Shown here: positions 44,001 to 57,400 of the stretch, piece after piece
How positions within the stretch are numbered: the first letter of the stretch is position 1
Layout: each line of letters begins with the position of its first letter
Source of the DNA: Zygnema circumcarinatum SAG 698-1b
Taxonomy: Eukaryota; Plantae; Zygnematophyceae
DNA length: 64,000 nucleotides
Assembly: GCA_037447605.1 (NCBI GenBank)
Contig: CM074804.1
Location: 3,387,909-3,451,908 of the forward strand
Reading direction: 5' to 3'
Translations under genes and position numbers: made by a program
Notes under the pieces: model-generated
What the model was told of the DNA's origin: nothing
The model's database searches: none
Seen by the model: only the letters and a program-made list of their open reading frames with translations

Positions 44001-47000
44001 TGTTTATGCTGTGAGCTCCTGAAAGTGCTTTGTTCTTTGCTCTAGTTTCTGCTTACATGGCTGATGGTGACAATACAAAGGCTCTCCTTTTCTCCCCACT
44101 TGCCGATCTGAAGGATTTTGGAGAGAGTAAGAGTCTCTCTTTCGGCTGTGCGCTTATGGGAAAATGAGGTTTGCACCGGGCGGCAGGCTGATGTATGAAC
44201 CATTCAAGAGAATATTGTACGACTACGTGGGGGGCATTCAGGACCTCAAGTTTCGCAAGGTGTTGTACTCCTTTGGTGCTTCCTGCTTTCTGCATTTTTA
44301 TCTAGATTCTGAATTAGTATTTTCTTGAAGCATTGGAAGTTCCATCTACATTACGATCAACTTGTAAGAAGCTGTTTATGGAATTACTACCGTTGAGCAT
44401 ATCTCCCTGTGAAGTCTGCAAAGGCTCTCCTAGTGAGAGTTGGCGTGACACAGAGTCAAATAGCAGCACATCCTCCAGATACGTTGTACATGGTTGTCTC
44501 TTAGCTTCACCTTCCTTATCTCTCCGATAGGGTTCTTCTTCAGGAGATCATGTGGCTGGGAGCAATTCTGCTCATTGTAACAGAGAGCGCACAGGCATCT
44601 GCAACATTGACTGGGAAACGAGTGTTGCAGGCGTCGCAATTGCTTAACATGATGTTGTTTGTGTGATGGCTGACCAGGTCCGCACAATATTGCCAGCAGA
44701 TTCGTTAAATGAAGATCCCGGTAAGCTGTCAATCTTTTAGTCGGGGAGCCATACTGCCCCATGCTGAATTTCCAGCTGTAGTGATTGACACAACTGAATG
44801 ACGATGAACAATCCTTCACTCTCCTTAGCCCTAGATGGAGCCCAAGGCAGTTCACGACTCCGCCATACATGAAGCGCCTTTTTCAACCTTGTACTTTTTG
44901 AAAAGTGCTTTCAATTGCTGTCCGCAGCTCGATATCTGCGAGCCATTCGCATTGCTGCTCGGCTGGGCCTCTCTTTGGATTCAAATGTGAGCCGTATGCT
45001 GGATAATTCGGCACCGGCTGTAGCCCTCGTTGGCAAGGTGATCATTCTGCAGTGGAGTTGTTCAATGTTCTTATTATGTATGAGTCGAGGGAGGGCAGAA
45101 TGTGAAATCCCATCTACCAATATGGTTATAAAACGACAGTCAAACTTTGCATGAATGAAAGCTGTAGAACATTTGTGGAATACAACAGTGCAGAAACCCA
45201 TGCTACGGTTCTGGAGGCACTGAACATTTCGGCAATTCCTGCAAATCTGCAATTGGAACTAGGGAGTAGGAACTGCTTCTACAATAACAGTTGATGGCTG
45301 TGAAAGTGCTGGTGATGTGGGAGCAGTCCCGGCTGATGTCGGAGGTTCACATTATGCTTGCGTATGGGGCAGCGGAGGCTTCACTTCGGTTATTGTGGCG
45401 CTTCCGCTTATTGGAGCTCCTCCTACCTTTGCAAGTAAAAATCCATGGTTCTATTGCTTCATATTCTGCACACTGCTTAAACGTTTGTGAAGATGGTCTC
45501 CTCGCTCGAGGAGCTCCATAGCACTGGTCACTCCTTAGTACATTTCTAAGTTCTTTGTCTTATTTCCCATTAACTGAAACCGAGACAGGTAGTCTTCTGT
45601 GTTCCTGTCGGAGGTTTATTAGGAATAGGTTCTGCTTGACTTCCTCCAATATTGGCATTTTCTCTCTCAAGTCTCCTCAGTTTTTTCTGAAGCTAGCCTT
45701 CATCAGGACTGATAAATCTTCTTTTTGAAAGGACTTCCAGACTCGAGCTTTAACAGGAAGGCTTGCATTCTTTGCAGGCTGAATACTTACGCTCATTAAG
45801 CTTTGCCCGGCGATCGACGAAGACAAATTTTCTTCTTGTATTAAGCTAACAAAACCCTTTCTTATTCATTGCTGGCTCCTTGCTTCGTTCTGCTCCCAAC
45901 CGTTGTTGATTTAAACATGCTGAGTTGTTCTTTTTCGAAACTGCTGCTTCTAGAGGTCCGTGCCTTCCTTATTCTGTGGCTGCGGCTCATTGATTGGGTA
46001 CGGAAAGGGAAGGTCAGGAGTTGATGGGCAGCCTCGATCGCTTCACTTCCCCTGACAAGCCCTGCAATGGGAGTCTCTGGTGGGTCTAAGGCATCACTAA
46101 GGCTCACGCACCATCCCTCAGTTGAAGTATCGTTCAGGCAGAACATAAGACATTGATCTACCATTAAATACTTCTGCCATGAATCATCTTTAGCTTTTTT
46201 CTGAAGTCAGGCCCTTCTAATAGCAGTTGAGCTTGCTTATATTTCAGCTATCGGCAAGCATTTGGTAACTGTAAAGGAAATGATGCGAACGCCTTTGAAT
46301 GGTCTGCCTATTTGTAGCTCATAGCTTGGCAGGTTTTTGGCATGTGGCAGGGTGGCATTGCTTGCGTTCCATATGGCCGTTGATGAGCAGAAAGTAGTGT
46401 TGTCCAGCACTGTTATAACAGCAGCAGCTTTGGCAGTTCACGATGGCCAAGGGGCAGTTGAGGCTGCCAAGAAAGCACAACGGATTCACAAACGATTGCA
46501 GAAGGAGAGGAATGGAGATGCGCAGGATGATAGATGGCGGGCAGCGAACGTGGCTGGTGAAGGAATCGATACGTCGACTGTGACGCAAGTCGAACCCGAG
46601 CTTGTTAAGGACGAGCATGTTGAAGGAAGGAGCCGGTTGAGGAGCAAAGATGCTGAATCGACAGAAACGTCAAACGCTATTGCAGGACGCGCAATTAAGG
46701 TGCTGAGTCTTTGGAGAGTCATGTCAGTCACTTTGATAACGAGCCTGTACTTGGTCTGGTGCAAAGTGCGGCTGACTTCTTCCGAATGCATATTTGTCAT
46801 TTGTTTGGGAAGAATCAGAATAAAGCTTCAGTGTAGAACAAGATAAAATTGGACGAGGTGGTCTTATTCTAAGCATGGGGATTCTGAGAGTATGGGAACA
46901 TGCAATTCTCCCACGGATTTCATATGGCCCTCCCTTTGTGATGAGACCTGAAGTCTCCTCTTGGCTGGGTTGGGAGGACGCAGTTGCTAAAAAGCTCGAT

Positions 47001-47684
47001 GGAACAGATACAAAAGCTTACAGACTTCGGTTTGGCGACAACCGTGACCAAGGAGCGTTTGGGTATTGAAGTTGGAGACCTTGTAAGAGCCTATCCTTCC
47101 TCATGGCAGCAATGGCTTCTTTTTTTTCGTTGTATAAACGAGGGTACATGCATTATATTGGATTGCGCGGATGCCTGACCGGTGACAGACTGGCAGACTG
47201 CGTTTAGCTGACGGGATTATGCCGCCTGCAAAATGTAGTGTTATTGAAGCTGTATACCTGGAACGCATTCACCTCCCTATTTCCTTATCAGATGTGACGT
47301 GAAGACTCTAGCTTTCGTGGCACAGCCGTGGAGTTGAGAGAGTAGAGGGTGAGAGGTTCTCGGTTTGGGTCTTCAGTTTTTCCTATGGATTTAATCGTGA
47401 CGTAATGAGCGTATTGAACAGCGCGATAATTGCTGACATGATTCGCGTGTCACCTTGTGCAGGTTGTCATTGCAAAGACCAATGCATTTCGTGCCAGGAG
47501 CATGTTTGATCGCTACAGGCGGCGCAAGAAGGATGGGGGTGACGAGCTCCTAAAGAAGACGCGGTCCTCGTCTCATGAGAGGGAGCATGAGGATGCTGAA
47601 GATGTCATTGACGATGAGTTAAAAAGCACCTCCTACATGTTCTCCAGAATAGTTCTCAATTCGATATATCCACGGACACCTTAA
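41062..47684 (+). CDS. Bacterial-type poly(A) polymerase / tRNA nucleotidyltransferase family protein (PcnB-like), putative organellar
   Basis: [21 protein letters not shown] (class II NTase signature), [67 protein letters not shown] and C-terminal RIVLNSIYP. The N-terminus is Arg/Leu/Ala-rich and presequence-like. Confidence 0.9.
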
Positions 47685-49078
47685 TTCAGAGGACCTTTTG
47701 GAAACGCTCCACACGATGGCCTGTTGAAGCTTTGGTGATTGCACCTCCCGCCCCCGTCTCTCTCAGAAACTGTCTCATGTCCTGTCTGTCTTGCGGACCG
47801 CTCGTGCTATGGACTGAACGGAAAATGGATCGCTCTGTTGTGTGCCTGAGCATGTCACCGCACCCTCATCCATATGAAAACGTCGCATTCTCCATCTCGT
47901 TGCCAGTGAGGAGAGATCGTGCTGCTTTTTGCAAAACCGTGAATAGTGGGCCTCAAAACTTCAGCAAAGCACTGGAACAAAAGCGAATGGGGATGTCCAA
48001 TGCACGTCCCCCGACGCAGATACAATGAAGCAGAATTCGCACAAACACACAAGATACGCTTTCGACTTTGAATAACTTCAACTGCGGTGTGCAGGCAATT
48101 GTCGAGCTGCACGTGCTCGGAAGGTTTCCTGAGGCACGGTGGCCCTTGTGGTCGCCCATCGTTAAAATCACCAAAGTCAATAGTTTCTTGTTGCTCGTGC
48201 AATTTATCGTCGTCGTTGCCAGAAAGCACGTCAAAGCATCCAGGTACACTTGTTATAGCGTTGTTTTGCCTTCTGTGACACCGCAAAACGTCCAATGTTA
48301 TTACAGTTCCTAGGGCTTTTGTAAGTCTCTTGCAAACTACATTCAGCGTGTTCGCTCTCTTCCGCTCTCTCACCGTAAAGCAGACAAGCAAACACATGTA
48401 CAGCGGCTCGTCTGGGCCTCCTTCGAGCTCCATCCATGGTCGCCCGGGGGCAGCTCTCGACTGATTGATTGGCTGCGCGGTTTCGTATGTATGTGGCTTG
48501 TAAGAAGCAAGTGGCGAGGACCCCCCCCAAGAGTCTCAGAAAGCCCCGCCCACCCTCTGCAGGCAGGCAGGAACCCTCTTCAGCTGTTCGCAACGCCGCC
48601 AGCACAGCGTCCGCCGCCCTGCCCCAAAGCTAATGCTCGCGTGCACTGCACTGCACTGCACTGCCTCTGCTCCCCGGATGGACGCGTCGCACGGCCCTTA
48701 AAAGTGCAAAGTTCGTTTCTCCGCTTAGCGTTTCAGCACCACTTTGTCTGCAAAGGGCAGAGGCCACCTTTACAGCCAGTTTGGCACATGTTCTCCACGT
48801 TTCCAGTCAACAGTCCTCGTATTTACCACCCTGAAGAGTGCGTCCCCAAGAAATTCGCCCCGATTTTGCCGAAACCACCTTTTTGTACGGTAACTTTGTG
48901 TTAGCCGTACTAGCCGTATTAGCCGTACAGTCTAATCACGTTACAGCAGTACAGTACAGTACTGTACCTGACCGTACGGCCTGGACGGACATCAAGAGTA
49001 CGGATGGTCGCACGAGCGATCTGCCCCCTTTTCTTCTTCCTTTCTAGCACGGCTTTTTAGCAAGAGAGATGATATATT

Positions 49079-49590
49079 TTGAACTCACGATGGCAAGGCC
49101 ATCAAACGTACATGAAGGAAATCAACATCGGGAACCAAAGGGAGCGGTCACAATGGACTAAAGGTCAAAGAAAAAGCTTCTGAACGGATGTCTACTCCTA
49201 GGCTCAACAACACGGCACTAGAAGCAGCCGCGAAGGTCACCAAGATGGCTTTTTAGTGGCCTTGCCATCGTGAGTTCAAACAAACATCTTTTACTTTTTT
49301 CCTTTTTTTTTTCGGCCAGAAGCAGAAAGTTTGTCGTGTAGTAGAATTCCAATCAAAAATTCTAGAAGTCAGGCCGTTTTATAAAACACTTTTAGAAGTC
49401 CCTCCTCGCGATGTGCCGCACATCGGTGACCTTCGCGGCTGCTTCTAGGGGCTGCGTTGTTGCGCCTAGGCGTAGTTTTCCGCTCCTAGCTTCGTTTTAT
49501 TGTGTTTCGGTCCTTTGTGACCAGTCCTTCGTGGTTCCACATTTTGCCTTTGTCCATGTACATTTGATGGCCTCGCCATCGCGAGTTCAA
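49079..49590. mobile_element. Foldback/MITE-like element with about 170-bp imperfect inverted arms
   Basis: 49079-49247 aligns with the reverse complement of about 49420-49590, including a perfect 24-mer CTAGAAGCAGCCGCGAAGGTCACC. 49078-49101 is also the perfect inverse of 49257-49280. No TSD was found. Confidence 0.65.
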
Positions 49591-50528
49591 TGAAGGTTCC
49601 ACTTTCTCCTTTTAGAAGGGCTCGTCAGTCGTATGGATGTACGGGTGGGTGTACGGTAATCCCTCTGACGGGCCAACGCCAATTCAATGACCGTACGACA
49701 GGCATTGTCACCTAAGGGAATTCCCTAAAATCCCGAATTTTACTTATTTTCGGGATTTGAGGGAGTTTTCTGTGCGTGCTTTGTTTGTACCGTTCTTGTA
49801 CTTTTTTGTAATTTTTGTGTATTTCTTTGGTACTTTGTTTGTACTTTGCAAGATTTTTTTTGTCTCGTAATAGCATTCGAATGTCATTGCCCGCCTGCAA
49901 AGTGAAAAAAAAAAAAAAAAGTCGAGAAAGCGAGCCATCCATCTTGAACAATCAACCCCCTTATGACAAAACTTAATGTCACAATTTTTCTAACATTGCT
50001 GACATGTCGAACGACGCATGCAGCATGAGAGTTCGCCTCCTCTTTCACTCCATGCTGCGATTCACATCAAACTGTGGTTCCCACAGCCGCACGCCGAGCA
50101 AGGCTCACTGCTCCAAGAACTGAACGATTGAAAATGCAACTCTCCAAAGGCCTCCCCCAAACCCCTCTGCTGCCCTCCCTACGTTTTCGCCAAAACGACC
50201 AAAGTGCTCGCTGTATTCAGTATTGACATCCTCTTGGCGCCAGCCTTATCTCCTCGTTCGAACACGAGGCAGAAACGGCACCCACACACAAGCAGCCGCA
50301 AGGCCTGTCTGTGAGTCCGAGCAGTGAGTGCCCTTGAGACCAAACTTGTGGTCGCGGCCGCTTGAAACTTCACCGACTTCCCGTCCTTTGTCCTTGCCCG
50401 CATTTCAGGCTTCAAAGGAAACGAGGCACGAGGGGGGCGGGCAGCAGGCAGGGAGACCGTATTTCGTTTCATCCGTACGTCAGGGACCGCCATGTGTACG
50501 TCTTATAATAGGGACTTTCTGAGTTTTA

Positions 50529-51064
50529 GGAGAATATACCGCCCCCCTTTTTGGTTATCCCGCCCCTGTTTTTTGAAATCCCACTCTCCCATTTTGGCTA
50601 TTCCCCCCCCTCCCATTTTGGGATATCCCGCCCCTACCTTGGACATTCCCCCCTTGTTTTTTCCTTCTCACACCGTAAAGACATTCGCAAAGAGAGAGCA
50701 GAGCAGAGAAGAGAGGGATCTCTCTCTCTCTCCCACTCTCTCTGAGCAAAGGAGAGAAGAGGAGAGAGAGAGAGCAGAGGAGTGAGAGCCGAGGAGAGAG
50801 AGTATAGAGGAGAGAGAGAGAGCAGTGGAGTGAGAGCAGAGGGGAGAGAGACTAGAGGAGAGAGCAGAGGAGAGAGCAAAGGAGCGAGAGAGAATGAGCA
50901 GAATCTCCTCCCGAAATATCCAAAATGGGGGGGGATAGCCAAAATCGGAGGGGGGGCAGAATAGCCAAAATCGGAGGGGGGGCAGAATAGCCAAAATGAG
51001 ATACTGGGATTTCAGAAAAACGGGGGCGGGATAACCAAAAAAGGTGGGCGGTATATAGTTCTCC
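50529..51064. mobile_element. Second copy of the same Mutator-like MITE family, 536 bp, 8-bp TSD GAGTTTTA
   Basis: Ends GGAGAATATACCGCCCC and GGGCGGTATATAGTTCTCC, and the GA-rich interior is shared with 18601-19923. GAGTTTTA lies at 50521-50528 and 51065-51072. Confidence 0.85.
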
Positions 51065-51481
51065 GAGTTTTATTTCGACTATACTAGGGACTTATTCAAG
51101 AATCTCTGGTTTGAACGATGCCTGCCGTACGGACTTACACTTCGTCCAATTTCAACGGTCGTAAAAAAGTTCTAAAAGTGTTTTAAATCTCGGAAACTCT
51201 TAGATATTAGAACGTTTTAATTCTGAAATTTAAACTCTAAAAGTCCTTTGTACGGACGCTTTGCCATCCCCAGCCCTGTCAGCGGGCAGCTGTGTAGACC
51301 TGCCCGGCCGCCCGCCTGCGGAGTGCATAGGGCGGAGTGCGCGCAGGCCATGATGGAAGGGAGGAAGGAAGCCCCGTCTGGCCCGCACGGCCCCTGCATC
51401 GCGCGCTGCACTTGCGATGGCCGCACTGAGATGAGACTCTTCTCCTCCGCTGCGGCTTCCGAGTAGAATGCGCATGGACTT

Positions 51482-54400
51482 ATGGCAACTTCAGGCGATT
51501 CAAATGGCCCGGACTCAATACCGCAGCGCAGGTCGGGGGATGCGCTCCCCTCCAGAGGGAGAATGCTGCCCCCTGTTGGCAGGCCTCCAACGGACAGTCA
51601 CCTTCACTCATCGCTTCCAGATGGTGCGCGCACCGTGTTTGCTGCAGCTCCGCTCGATGTGAGGGATCAGTCGCCACCTGCGCCCAATGCAGCTCAGCTT
51701 TCTCCTAATGGCCGCCTAACTAGAACTTCACTTGGAAGCCAACGATCTCGAACAGACAGTGCTGGAGCATCTCCGACAAGCACTCGGTCATCTGTCGGAA
51801 GTCCTGCTGGCGGCTCACCTGTGCGGCCTAGAGCTCCGGTCGCATCAGCGACGCCTGCTTCCTCCTCCTCCAGGATACCTCGCTCAGCCCCTGCAACTTC
51901 TGGTGATCCTAGCCAATCCAGAAGTCAAGAGTCTGCAGTTGCACGGAGACCTGGACAAACGGCCAGCTCCTCTACATCTCTCACTTCTCGCAGTGCCGCA
52001 GGCTCTACATCCCTGCAAGCAAGTAGCAGGATTAGGGCTAGCAGTGCCACCTCCTCTGGCCGTGCATCCAGCTCGCCATTGAGAAGCAGTCCAAGCAGCC
52101 AGACAGGATCACGGACCTCCACCCTCTCCAGTGCACACTCTCCTGCTAACAGACAGAGCCCTTCGCCATCTGCGATTAGGACAGGCAGCTCTCCTTCACT
52201 AGCGGCCGGGAAGTCTAGGTCACCTTCAATGGCAGAGAAAGGAGAGACAAGAGGAACGACTTCCGCAAGAGCTGGGCTTGGAAGCCGACCACCGAGCCCC
52301 GGGGGGACAGCTGGAGTGAGATCGTCCACTGGAACGGAGGATTCCGGGAAGGGAAAAATGGCAGCAAAAGGAATAAGCATCAAGGTGCACTACTAAGAAG
52401 GGCTTTTAGTGAGTCGTCTTCTTGCAAAATCAGATTGTGTATTGTAATTTAGAGGACATGACACGCGTTAAACCCCCCTCCTTTTTGCCGGTGTCCAGTT
52501 GGCCCTTGCGTTTTCACCTTGCTGGCTATAATTCGTTCTCAGGCTTGTTTGGGAATGGGCCGACTTGTGGGAGCAGACTTCTGGAAAGGCGCCAGTCGAA
52601 CCAGATCAGGTCAGTCTTCTTGTCGAAGGGAAATCCTTGTTTTAAGCTATCAAGCAAGTCCAAGCAATGGTTTTAGCTAGAGGTGCCTCTTTCTCGTCAT
52701 ACGCCACAACATAGCCTTTTTCCTTCCTTTGCCCTCTTTTCCCCCCCCGCCCCCCTATTTTTTGCGTTTCTTAGTCTCGCGTCGCTGACGTACTTTTGCA
52801 CACTTTGGGGATGCAGATTGCAGCACCAGCTTTTGACAAGGTGAGTACAAAAGCAGACATCTGGTTTCGCTGAAGCACGCAGTTCACCACTCATAAATAG
52901 TGAACTGACTTCCCCACAAATTGTCAGTTATTAGAGTTGCTCTTCGAGTTGGGCCTCAGGGTCTAGATTGAGTTGAGGGGTATAAAGTTGTTGATCTTTC
53001 TTTTCCGAAGTCATCTCCTTGCCTCCAAGAGCTCACATACATAATTTCATTATTGATGGGGTCAATGATTCAATGATTCGAACCTGAATCTAAACTTTCG
53101 TCCTTCCCTTAGCGTAGATGCTTATGTAAATTGGAGCATTACAGATGTTGCACAAATTTGCACCTTTTGCCCCTGCATGGCGTGACAGTTCCGAGCCTGC
53201 CTATTCTGACTATATTCCCCTATTCTGGAATAGTTTTTCGAATACGCACTTCTATCCTTACATTGTCGGATTTTAAAGCAAGTGAGCCCCGTAAAATATA
53301 TTCAATTTTTTTTTGTTTTTTTACGATCGCACTACGTACTCCATGGCTTTTGAACAAGGAGTATGGGTCCATGAATTTAAGTATGAACCTTGCCTAACAT
53401 GAACACTCGTGAATTTATCAAAAAGGGAAAATGGATCTAAGAAACGCAGTTTGTGTATTCTTAACTTGTTGGGAGGCATCACAGTATAGAAAATTTCGAT
53501 CCATAGCCTTATTGAATCAGTTTGCAGATTATACGCATGATCTCTACCGGGAGGACTGATACAATTCAGTGGGGGGAGTATATGGGGTCATATGAATTTC
53601 AACTTAATTTCACGATTGTTTTGATTCAAGATCTTTAGCAAATGTTTTAGATGTGGACCTCTAGTGTATAACCGTAAGTTAGCGACTAAGGAATGCAGCG
53701 GTAGTTCCCCGTCAGAGTTCACTTGTCATTGAGTGGCGCTGAAGGACCGCAAGGGATTCAATCGTTTATATTTTTCTCCGTGCCTCGTCATTGTTTCAAG
53801 AATGGAAGCTAGCTGTATTGTGTCGCTATTCCACGCCTTGATGGCATTTTGGCGGTAGGTCAATGTGCTTTACTGGATTTGTAGACGCGTGGCTGGCTTT
53901 ATTTCCTTTGCAGCAATGTCTCGCAGAGTGAGCTTGCCCCAAAGTTAGATTGAATTTGCAGTTTCCTTGGCGTTCAAAAGAATTGAAAAGAATTGGAAAG
54001 AATTCAAAAGAATTGAGCCAATAGTTAAACAGGTTTGAATGTGCCTGCTCTTACTGCGGCTCACTCTACGGTATGACGGGGTGCACAGTCAGTGATTACT
54101 CCACTGTAATTTTGGCAAGCTTCTGCTTCTTTTGTTTTGAAGTGATTTCCAGGCATGACTCGGGCAGCAAGAATCTCAAACTAACTCATGATTGTGTCTG
54201 ACTCGATTACTGCAGCTTGAAAACTGATTTGTCACTAAAGCCAGCTTTAATTTTAAGCCAAATGACCCGTCTCTGCGCTACTGCTGCTTTAATTCGTGGA
54301 ACATTGGCTTAATGGTCCCTGAAGGTTGAGCGTTACAAGTTTGTACGAAGATGAATGCCACATTTGTAACGATAAGTGTTGCACGATATTTAGTTGGGAA

Positions 54401-57400
54401 AAACCCTGGAGATAATGCTGAATGTGCCTGGAGTGCTGTGGATTCTTGGCAGGTTAATGCCCTGCAAGAGGAGAATGAGGATCTCCGCCGCAAGCTGATA
54501 GATTTGGAGGCGACACAGGCTGCAGTACGTTGTCTTGAAGCAACTTTTACACTACTTAGTGTGTTTCAAGTCTAGCTCGTTCAGAACATGGTTTTCACCC
54601 TAGTTGGTAGTTTCTGATGAGTTGCTTTTTCTTGTGCATGGCATAGTATGGATGAATCCTTGAGCTTGGATTGTGTATTGAGCATGTTGCACTGCGTCGC
54701 CTGTTAATGTCCTGTGTTCATGATGAAGGTTGTTTGTGACATGCACCGGCAGGCTAGTTGGAGCTGAAATGGTTGTGTGTGCTGTGCAATCTGCTCAAAA
54801 TCAACGCAAGACTGACCCTGTTTAGCTGACTTGTCGAGACATTCTTTCATGTATCAGAAATTGGTGACGCATAGGTCCAATTTTTGGACATCTCTCAATG
54901 TTGGTTTATGGCCTATCTTTCATTTAATCTAGGATCAGCAGGATTGTATGACCTATTTAGCATCCTTGAAGGGGTCAGTTCCTGTGAGACTCTTGCTTAA
55001 TTTGATGACGCCTACTTGTTTGATTAATCGAAGGGCTTTTGCTTTGAGTTCTTATTTCTTTCACTTGGCATGATTTTGGTTCAGATGGCTGACAATCCAG
55101 CCGCCTTAGAGCATTGGAAACTTCATCTACTCAGGACACAAAATTCGCAGCTTGAGAATCAGGTAAATATTCTTTCAAACGTCATCGTGGCATATTGAGG
55201 CACATTCCGGATATGCTGCAGTGGTCAGTGCATGGAATCATTGTGTTGACGCTTCGAGCTAGTCTGCGCAAGAGTTCGCACTACGATGTATTTATACATA
55301 GTTTGGATTTGTACGATCTTATTTCCTGATGTTTCCCTCCCTTCAGAGTTCAGACTGTTGCAGCTAGTTCTGCCTTTGGTCATTCCTCCAAGTTCGGAAG
55401 GCCAGACATATGACCTTTGGAAACCTCTATTCCTTTGTCGTGACTTTCAGTCTTGCCAAGTGAAATTTGTAAGCTCAGTCTTGATTCACTTGACATAATT
55501 CTGGATGTTGACAAGTGTGACATGTTTACAATAGGTATCTGCATTCCCTCACTCACTCAATCGCTCAGGTAGTCCACCCTTAGATCGGTACTTGTGAGAC
55601 AGGAACGCGGAACGCGGAGTTGTCTCAGTCTGTTTTGGGACTTGGGAAAGACGAACCTGCAGCACTAGGATAAGTGGGTTTGTCACGGCATGATAGACAG
55701 TCGAGGAAAGATGCATCCACGCTCACTAAAAATAACTAGAGTTTCTTTGTATTTGGGTTGCAGCTGCTTGCCACCACAGCTACCCTCGAGCAAGTTACCG
55801 AGTCTAAATCTCAATTGGCCTCCACACTTAGTCATTTTCAGCAAATGGTGAACCGCCTGAGGACAGCCGAGCAGCTACAAGAGCCGAAAGCTGACTCTGT
55901 CTCTCGAACGCCTCGGTCTGCATCAACAGCATCGTCTCTAAGAAGGACGCTTTCTGCTTCAACAAGCATTTCCCAAGCACCACCAGCATCTGCTAGGAGG
56001 CAAGCTTTGCCAGCTCGCTCATTTCCTCCCACATCAACCACTAGCACTTTAACCACTTCAACTCGGTCAACAGGAAGCACAAGGCCTTTAAGCACGTCTC
56101 CTCGAAACACAAGCACCTCTTCTCGGACTGGAGCTCCTGCCAATACAAGACAGGAGTCCTTGGCTGCCCGTACTACACCAGCCTCACCCCGCGCTGCTGC
56201 TGCAGGACCAGGCCGGAGTCCGACTGTTAGTAAAACTCCTGCTTCTATACGAAGTCCAAGTCCTGGAACACTTTCTACATCTGGACAAAGGCGTGAGAGC
56301 ACTCCTTCTGAACCGCCAGCTACATCTGAGACTCCTGCACCAGTGAGGCTAGCAGTGCCCCTAGAGTGGGTTGAAGATATGGATCAGTGGGCCCATGGGG
56401 TGCTGGAGAAGATTGCACGAAGTAGCAATGAACTGGCAGAATCATCAATCAAAGGGGAGCTTCCAACTGCAACAGCCTCCCCAACTGCAGCGAAGAAGTC
56501 AAGATTCAGAGTGATTGTTCTTCCGCTTGTGGATAATCCGGTTTTGCCACGAATAACAGAGGACGCGGATGCAAAAGATTTGGTTACGGTCGACACAAAC
56601 AATAGCTCGCGACAAGGTGGGCCCGCAAATTCAACAACGCGACCTTTTGTTGTCCTTCTGAAAATGTTTTATTCGAAGGAGGTGGAATTCCTAACAAAAT
56701 GCTTTCACAATCGACATGTGTGCAAAGCACGCTCGATTGTAGCAGCGAAATGATTATGTTAAAGCAAACTGGAAGTAGTTATGGACTACAGAACTGTCTG
56801 CATTAGGCCTGAACGTGCATTTACCTGTTGGACTGCTGCTTTGTGATTGCTTGGCGTAGCTGGTCCTTTGTTTTCCCCAGTTGATTTGCTCACTTAAGCT
56901 ACTTATGCAATACCTGAAGGCAGCTGAGTCGACATCTTCATGGGCTTTCTTATTGTTCCGCATAGGAAAGCTATCAGTTTCACTTCTTTTCCTTCAATAT
57001 TTGGAATGATGCCGGGTACTTCATCCTCAACTGCTGCGAATTCTGATATGGAGGGGGCTAATGGCTTGTATACACTTACAAGGTCACAGAGCCCCTCTAA
57101 AGAGGCTTCTTATTTTTAATAATTTATTTCTTGAGCAGCAGTTTGGCCATTGCTTCACTGTTGCCGTCCTGGCACCTAATGGCATAAGCTGAGGATAATC
57201 TGTGGGTCTGCCTGTGGATTGCAGAGCATCCCATTCTTGATTTGGTGCGCCTGCGGATTTTGGAAGCTCAGCTTGGAGGGCTCCATCCACGTCTCCTACG
57301 AGCAGCAGAGTTGTTGCACTCTCTGCTTCTGCCATGTCTGCCGACTGAGGTCGGTACACGCCATGGAGCCTGAGTCCAAACAGACTTTATCCGCACACTT

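Noticed and set aside
47990-48210. Sirtuin-, SIS- or cytidylyltransferase-like phrases (TAVEVIQSRKRIL, GCFDVL) in the 192-aa ORF
   Set aside because: The required neighbouring motifs (GAGIS, G.G.S, HxGH) are absent.
53982-54015. 10-bp tandem (AAAAGAATTG)x4, and (TTCTGTCA)n at about 35966-36003
   Set aside because: Short intronic slippage repeats with no further signal.
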